DNA of 20,144 bases, taken from Lysobacterales bacterium (lineage in GTDB: Bacteria > Pseudomonadota > Gammaproteobacteria > Xanthomonadales > SZUA-5). The number at the start of each line of letters is the position of its first letter. The stretch's first letter is position 1. The position numbers and the translations under genes were made by a program. Shown here piece after piece: positions 16,900 through 20,144 of this stretch. The DNA is taken from positions 1 to 20,144 of the forward strand of contig JALHMH010000056.1 of assembly GCA_022844165.1 (NCBI GenBank), read 5' to 3'. The notes under the pieces were generated by a model. It did not search any database. It had not been told where the DNA came from and saw nothing but the letters and a program-made list of their open reading frames with translations.

Positions 16900-17619
16900 T
16901 CAGGTGCTCTCGAGCAGTCGCGCGATGGCGCCTGGAATGCCGTGCGCGCTTTTCACCGTCGCGACCCTGGGATGGCCGGCTTCCAGCGCATGTTCCGCTT
17001 CGAGCGCCCAGGTCACTACGTAGGGGACATGGACGCCGTATCCACCAAGACGGGCGACCGGTTCGATGTCCGACTTCAGCGAATTGCCCACCATCAGGAA
17101 CTGTTCGGCGCCGACGCCGAATTCTGCCAGCAGGCGCTGATAGGTTTCCGGGTCTTTCTCCGACACGATCTCGATACGCGAGAAGTGCTCGCGCAGCGCG
17201 CACTGGCGGATCTTGGCTTCCTGATGGAACAAGTCGCCTTTGGTAATCAAGACCAACGGATAGTCTGCCGCCACTTCGGTGACGGCCTGTTCGATGCCAG
17301 GCAGCAACTCCACAGGATGCGCCAGAATGGCCTTGCCCAGGTCGAGCAGACGCTGCACATCGAGCCCGCTCAGTGCATGGCCAGTGATCGCCAGCGCGGT
17401 CTCAAGCAGCGACAAGGTCATGCCCTTGGCGCCGTAACCAAACAACCGAATGTTACGCCGCTCGGTGCTCAGTAACGCGTCATGTACGCGTGCGTCGTGA
17501 AGATCGACATAAGCGCCAAGGATTCGTTCGAATTCGGCATGCGCTGCCTGGAAGTAAATTTCGCTATGCCAGAGCGTATCGTCAGCATCGAAGCCGATCA
17601 GCATTCGTCGGTCGCTCAT
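16900..17619 (-). CDS. HAD-superfamily hydrolase
   Basis: Motif I IGFDADDTLW, motif II LITKGD, K in SEKD, and motif IV MVGNSLKSDI. Start at ATG 17619 or 17604. Confidence 0.9.
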   Translation of the reverse strand: MSDRRMLIGFDADDTLWHSEIYFQAAHAEFERILGAYVDLHDARVHDALLSTERRNIRLFGYGAKGMTLSLLETALAITGHALSGLDVQRLLDLGKAILAHPVELLPGIEQAVTEVAADYPLVLITKGDLFHQEAKIRQCALREHFSRIEIVSEKDPETYQRLLAEFGVGAEQFLMVGNSLKSDIEPVARLGGYGVHVPYVVTWALEAEHALEAGHPRVATVKSAHGIPGAIARLLEST

Positions 17620-17699
17620 TGGACTTGCATTGCTTTCCACCGCGTTGGGATCGAAGCGGATCGCAGTGGGCCATGGGCCGACACCGCGCGATGAACCGC

Positions 17700-18617
17700 T
17701 TACCAGCTGCGCCGCAAGACCAGACCCGAGAATGCAGCCAACAGCAGTGCCAGAATCGCCAAACCTGCGGGCGAGAGCGTGGGAATTGCCGGCGGTGTGG
17801 GCTCTGGTTCTCCACTGGCGGTACACACGGGCGCGACGATGGCCAGGCTCTCGACACCAGCCAGAGTTGTCGCCACGCGTTCCGCCGCGCCGGTCGCTGG
17901 ATCGATGCGGAAAATGACACTGGGTTCGGCCGTTGTCGAAGAACCCGTCGAGTCGGCCACACCCCAAAGCGTGCCGTTGGAATCGAAATCGAGCCCCGCA
18001 TCTGAAAATCTCAGTCCAGCGCCCAACGGACCGATCAAGGTTGCCGCGCCGGTGGTCACGCTGATGGAATACAGGTTCTCCGAACCATCGACACCGATTC
18101 CGTAGAGTTTGCCGCCACGCGCCGCCAGGGCCGTGATGGGCGCGCCAAGCGCACCTTCTGCGCCGACGACCACGGCCGCGCCGGTGTTCGGATTGACTTT
18201 GTACAACGACCGACGTGTGTCCGAACTCGCATACAACGTGCCGGAACAATCGAATGTCAGTCCAAAATCGAAAGCCGAGGTACGCGGCAATCCCGTGTTC
18301 CCTTCACGCCCATCGACCGGCACGGTACGGCCTGTCATGCGATCGAGGATGAGCAAGGTCTTGGTGGCATCATCAATGCCGTACAGCACACCGGCCTCAC
18401 TCAGCGCGAGGCCTTCGATGTCGAGATAAGGGGCATCATTCTCGGATGCACGCGCCTCACCGATCTTGACCCGTTCCCCGGTCGGCAACGTGACACGATG
18501 CAGCGAATCAAAGTCGCGCGGGCTGGGATCGTCGGAATTGACAACATAAGCCGACTGCGCCAGCGCGCTGGAGCACGCCAGCACCAGCGGTGCCAGGAAA
18601 AGGGCGGTCGACTTCAT
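17700..18617 (-). CDS. Secreted beta-propeller-like protein with IPTL-CTERM sorting signal
   Basis: Signal peptide MKSTALFLAPLVLACSSALA. Repeated blades (GLALSEAGVLYGI, GLTFDCSGTLYAS, ALAARGGKLYGI, GLDFDSNGTLWGV), each followed by a LY.V...TGAA-like segment. C-terminus PPAIPTLSPAGLAILALLLAAFSGLVLRRSW. Confidence 0.85.
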   Translation of the reverse strand: MKSTALFLAPLVLACSSALAQSAYVVNSDDPSPRDFDSLHRVTLPTGERVKIGEARASENDAPYLDIEGLALSEAGVLYGIDDATKTLLILDRMTGRTVPVDGREGNTGLPRTSAFDFGLTFDCSGTLYASSDTRRSLYKVNPNTGAAVVVGAEGALGAPITALAARGGKLYGIGVDGSENLYSISVTTGAATLIGPLGAGLRFSDAGLDFDSNGTLWGVADSTGSSTTAEPSVIFRIDPATGAAERVATTLAGVESLAIVAPVCTASGEPEPTPPAIPTLSPAGLAILALLLAAFSGLVLRRSW

Positions 18618-18746
18618 CGTTGTTATCGTTGTTTGAATCGCTCGAAGGCAAGTGTATCAAGGCCTTAGACAACGGTCAAAGCGGGCTGAGCAAAGAATCT
18701 GCGGTAATCCGCTAGTCTCCGCGCACTTTCAGGCGCAGACATCACC

Positions 18747-19787
18747 ATGGATATCGACACCGACGTAGTCATCATCGGCGCAGGGCCGGTAGGTTTGTTT
18801 CAGGTCTTCGAGCTTGGACTACTCGGCATCAAAGCCCACGTGATCGATGCCCTGGCGCAGCCCGGCGGTCAATGCATCGAACTGTACCCGGACAAACCCA
18901 TTTACGATATTCCCGCGTTGCCGGTGTGTACGGGCAAAGAACTCACCGACAATCTGCTCAAGCAAATTGAGCCGTTCCATGCAGAGTTTCATCTGGGCCA
19001 GGAAGTGAGCGAGGTGCGTGCGCTCGATGCGGATCGATTCGAGGTCGTCACCAGCAAGGGCACGACGCTGCGCTCACGGGCTGTCATCGTGGCCGCTGGT
19101 TTGGGCGCTTTTCAGCCGCGCCGCGTGGCGCTGCCCGGCGCTGACGCCTTCGAAGGGTCGCAGTTGCACTACGCTGTGCGCAAGCCTGAGCAGTTTCGCG
19201 ATCAGGATCTGGTCGTTCTGGGCGGCGGGGACTCTGCGCTCGACTGGGTTTTGGCTCTGCAGCCGATTGCCCGCAGCGTGGTTCTCGTGCACCGCTCCAA
19301 CGAGTTCCGGGCGGCGCCAGCGTCCGTCGCAAAAATGCGTGCGCTGGTGGACGCGCAGCAGATGCAAATGTTGATCGGCAACGTCAACGCGCTCGACATC
19401 GCCGACGGTCGACTCCGAGGCGCAAGTGTGCAGTGTAGCGATGGTGTGACCAGAGCTTTGACGTTCCATCATCTGTTGGCGTTCTATGGCCTTTCGCCAA
19501 AACTCGGGCCGATTGCGCAGTGGGGATTAGGTATTGAACGCAACCAGATCGTGGTCGACCCCGAGAAGTTCCAATCGAGCACACCGGGTATTTTCGCGGT
19601 GGGCGACATCAATACCTATCCAGGCAAGAAAAAGCTGATCCTGTGCGGCTTCCATGAGGCCGCATTGGCGGCTTTCGCGATCAAAGCACGCCTGTACCCC
19701 GGCGAAAAAGTGCATCTTCAGTACACCACCACCAGCCCTATCATGCATAAACGGCTGGGCGTTGCGACGCCGACCATGGAGCCCTAG
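18747..19787 (+). CDS. Thioredoxin-reductase-type ferredoxin-NADP(+) reductase (FAD/NAD(P)-dependent oxidoreductase)
   Basis: Motifs [38 protein letters not shown] and [17 protein letters not shown]. It has no redox CxxC, which distinguishes it from true TrxB. Confidence 0.85.
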   Translation: MDIDTDVVIIGAGPVGLFQVFELGLLGIKAHVIDALAQPGGQCIELYPDKPIYDIPALPVCTGKELTDNLLKQIEPFHAEFHLGQEVSEVRALDADRFEVVTSKGTTLRSRAVIVAAGLGAFQPRRVALPGADAFEGSQLHYAVRKPEQFRDQDLVVLGGGDSALDWVLALQPIARSVVLVHRSNEFRAAPASVAKMRALVDAQQMQMLIGNVNALDIADGRLRGASVQCSDGVTRALTFHHLLAFYGLSPKLGPIAQWGLGIERNQIVVDPEKFQSSTPGIFAVGDINTYPGKKKLILCGFHEAALAAFAIKARLYPGEKVHLQYTTTSPIMHKRLGVATPTMEP

Positions 19788-19862
19788 CAAGGCTTCGCCT
19801 CAGACCGCCGAGCATTGCTGGCTTCGCCAGACACCGTACTTGCCAAAACCCCGCGCTCCGCA

Positions 19863-19987
19863 TTTTCGCGCCCAGCGGCGCAGCCGCCGGGCGTTCGACT
19901 CGGCACACGCCTGCGGCGTGTCGGCGCCGAGTCTCACCCCCCTTGTACTCAAGGGGGCTTCAACAGCCAAAGCCGCTCCGACGAAAA
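19863..19987. repeat. Cluster of three GC-rich hairpins (REP-like or structured RNA element)
   Basis: Stems at 19869-19893, 19897-19933 and 19938-19957, bracketed by TTTTCG (19863-19868) and CGAAAA (19982-19987). Confidence 0.55.
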
Positions 19988-20026
19988 CTTGACTCAAATG
20001 ACAAGATCCGGCTCCGTCAAGGACTC

Positions 20027-20144
20027 TAGTGTGGTGTTCCGTCATTAAGTTGAACAATATTTCCGATGGATTTCGGCGTCAGGCAAGGCGCGACGAGGGT
20101 GAAAGTCGGTGGCTTTCGCGGCATGCCGCGAGCCGACTTGAACG
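20027..20144. mobile_element. Possible left part of a palindromic MITE-like element, truncated by the window end
   Basis: Begins TAGTGTGGTGTTCCGTCATTAAGTT, an AT-richer TIR-like end after TA. It contains the perfect 16-bp palindrome TCGCGGCATGCCGCGA (20116-20131) nested in AAGTCGG/CCGACTT. The second end is not visible. Confidence 0.35.

Noticed and set aside
16900-18249. 449-aa HAD fusion protein
   Set aside because: The first 210 aa are an alternative frame of the IPTL-CTERM gene and spacer; HAD motif I starts right after ATG 17619.
19791-20144. CRISPR array, tRNA or coding ORFs in the terminal region
   Set aside because: There are no regularly spaced identical repeats. GTTCGA at 19893-19898 is not in a T-arm/cloverleaf context, and the short ORFs are motif-less and run through palindromes.

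Overview
GC-rich bacterial chromosome segment. The rpsF-rpsR-rplI order without priB, the metK and S18 sequences, an ECF43-type sigma/kinase pair and an IPTL-CTERM protein suggest a Xanthomonadales-like gammaproteobacterium (inference). Bases 1-5955 (+) are an accessory defence operon with 4-bp stop/start overlaps at every junction: a truncated GHKL/HATPase_c_4-type gene, a type III R-M mod, a Schlafen/AlbA_2 + HATPase_c_4 gene, and a type III res. The two HATPase genes flanking mod are paralogues, and the mod target-recognition region is a low-GC patch. Most of the rest is on the - strand: acyl-CoA dehydrogenase, a secreted and membrane-anchored TPR-like protein, metK, rplI-rpsR-rpsF with promoter, S6:S18 leader and terminator, an ECF43-like sigma with a Ser/Thr kinase-TPR sensor, a DUF3052-like protein, a HAD hydrolase and an IPTL-CTERM surface protein. 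A TrxR-type ferredoxin-NADP reductase lies on +, followed by a hairpin-dense non-coding tail that may hold a MITE-like repeat. No tRNA, rRNA, CRISPR array, integrase or transposase was seen. The best candidate for an undescribed system is the type III R-M operon interleaved with Schlafen-GHKL paralogues.
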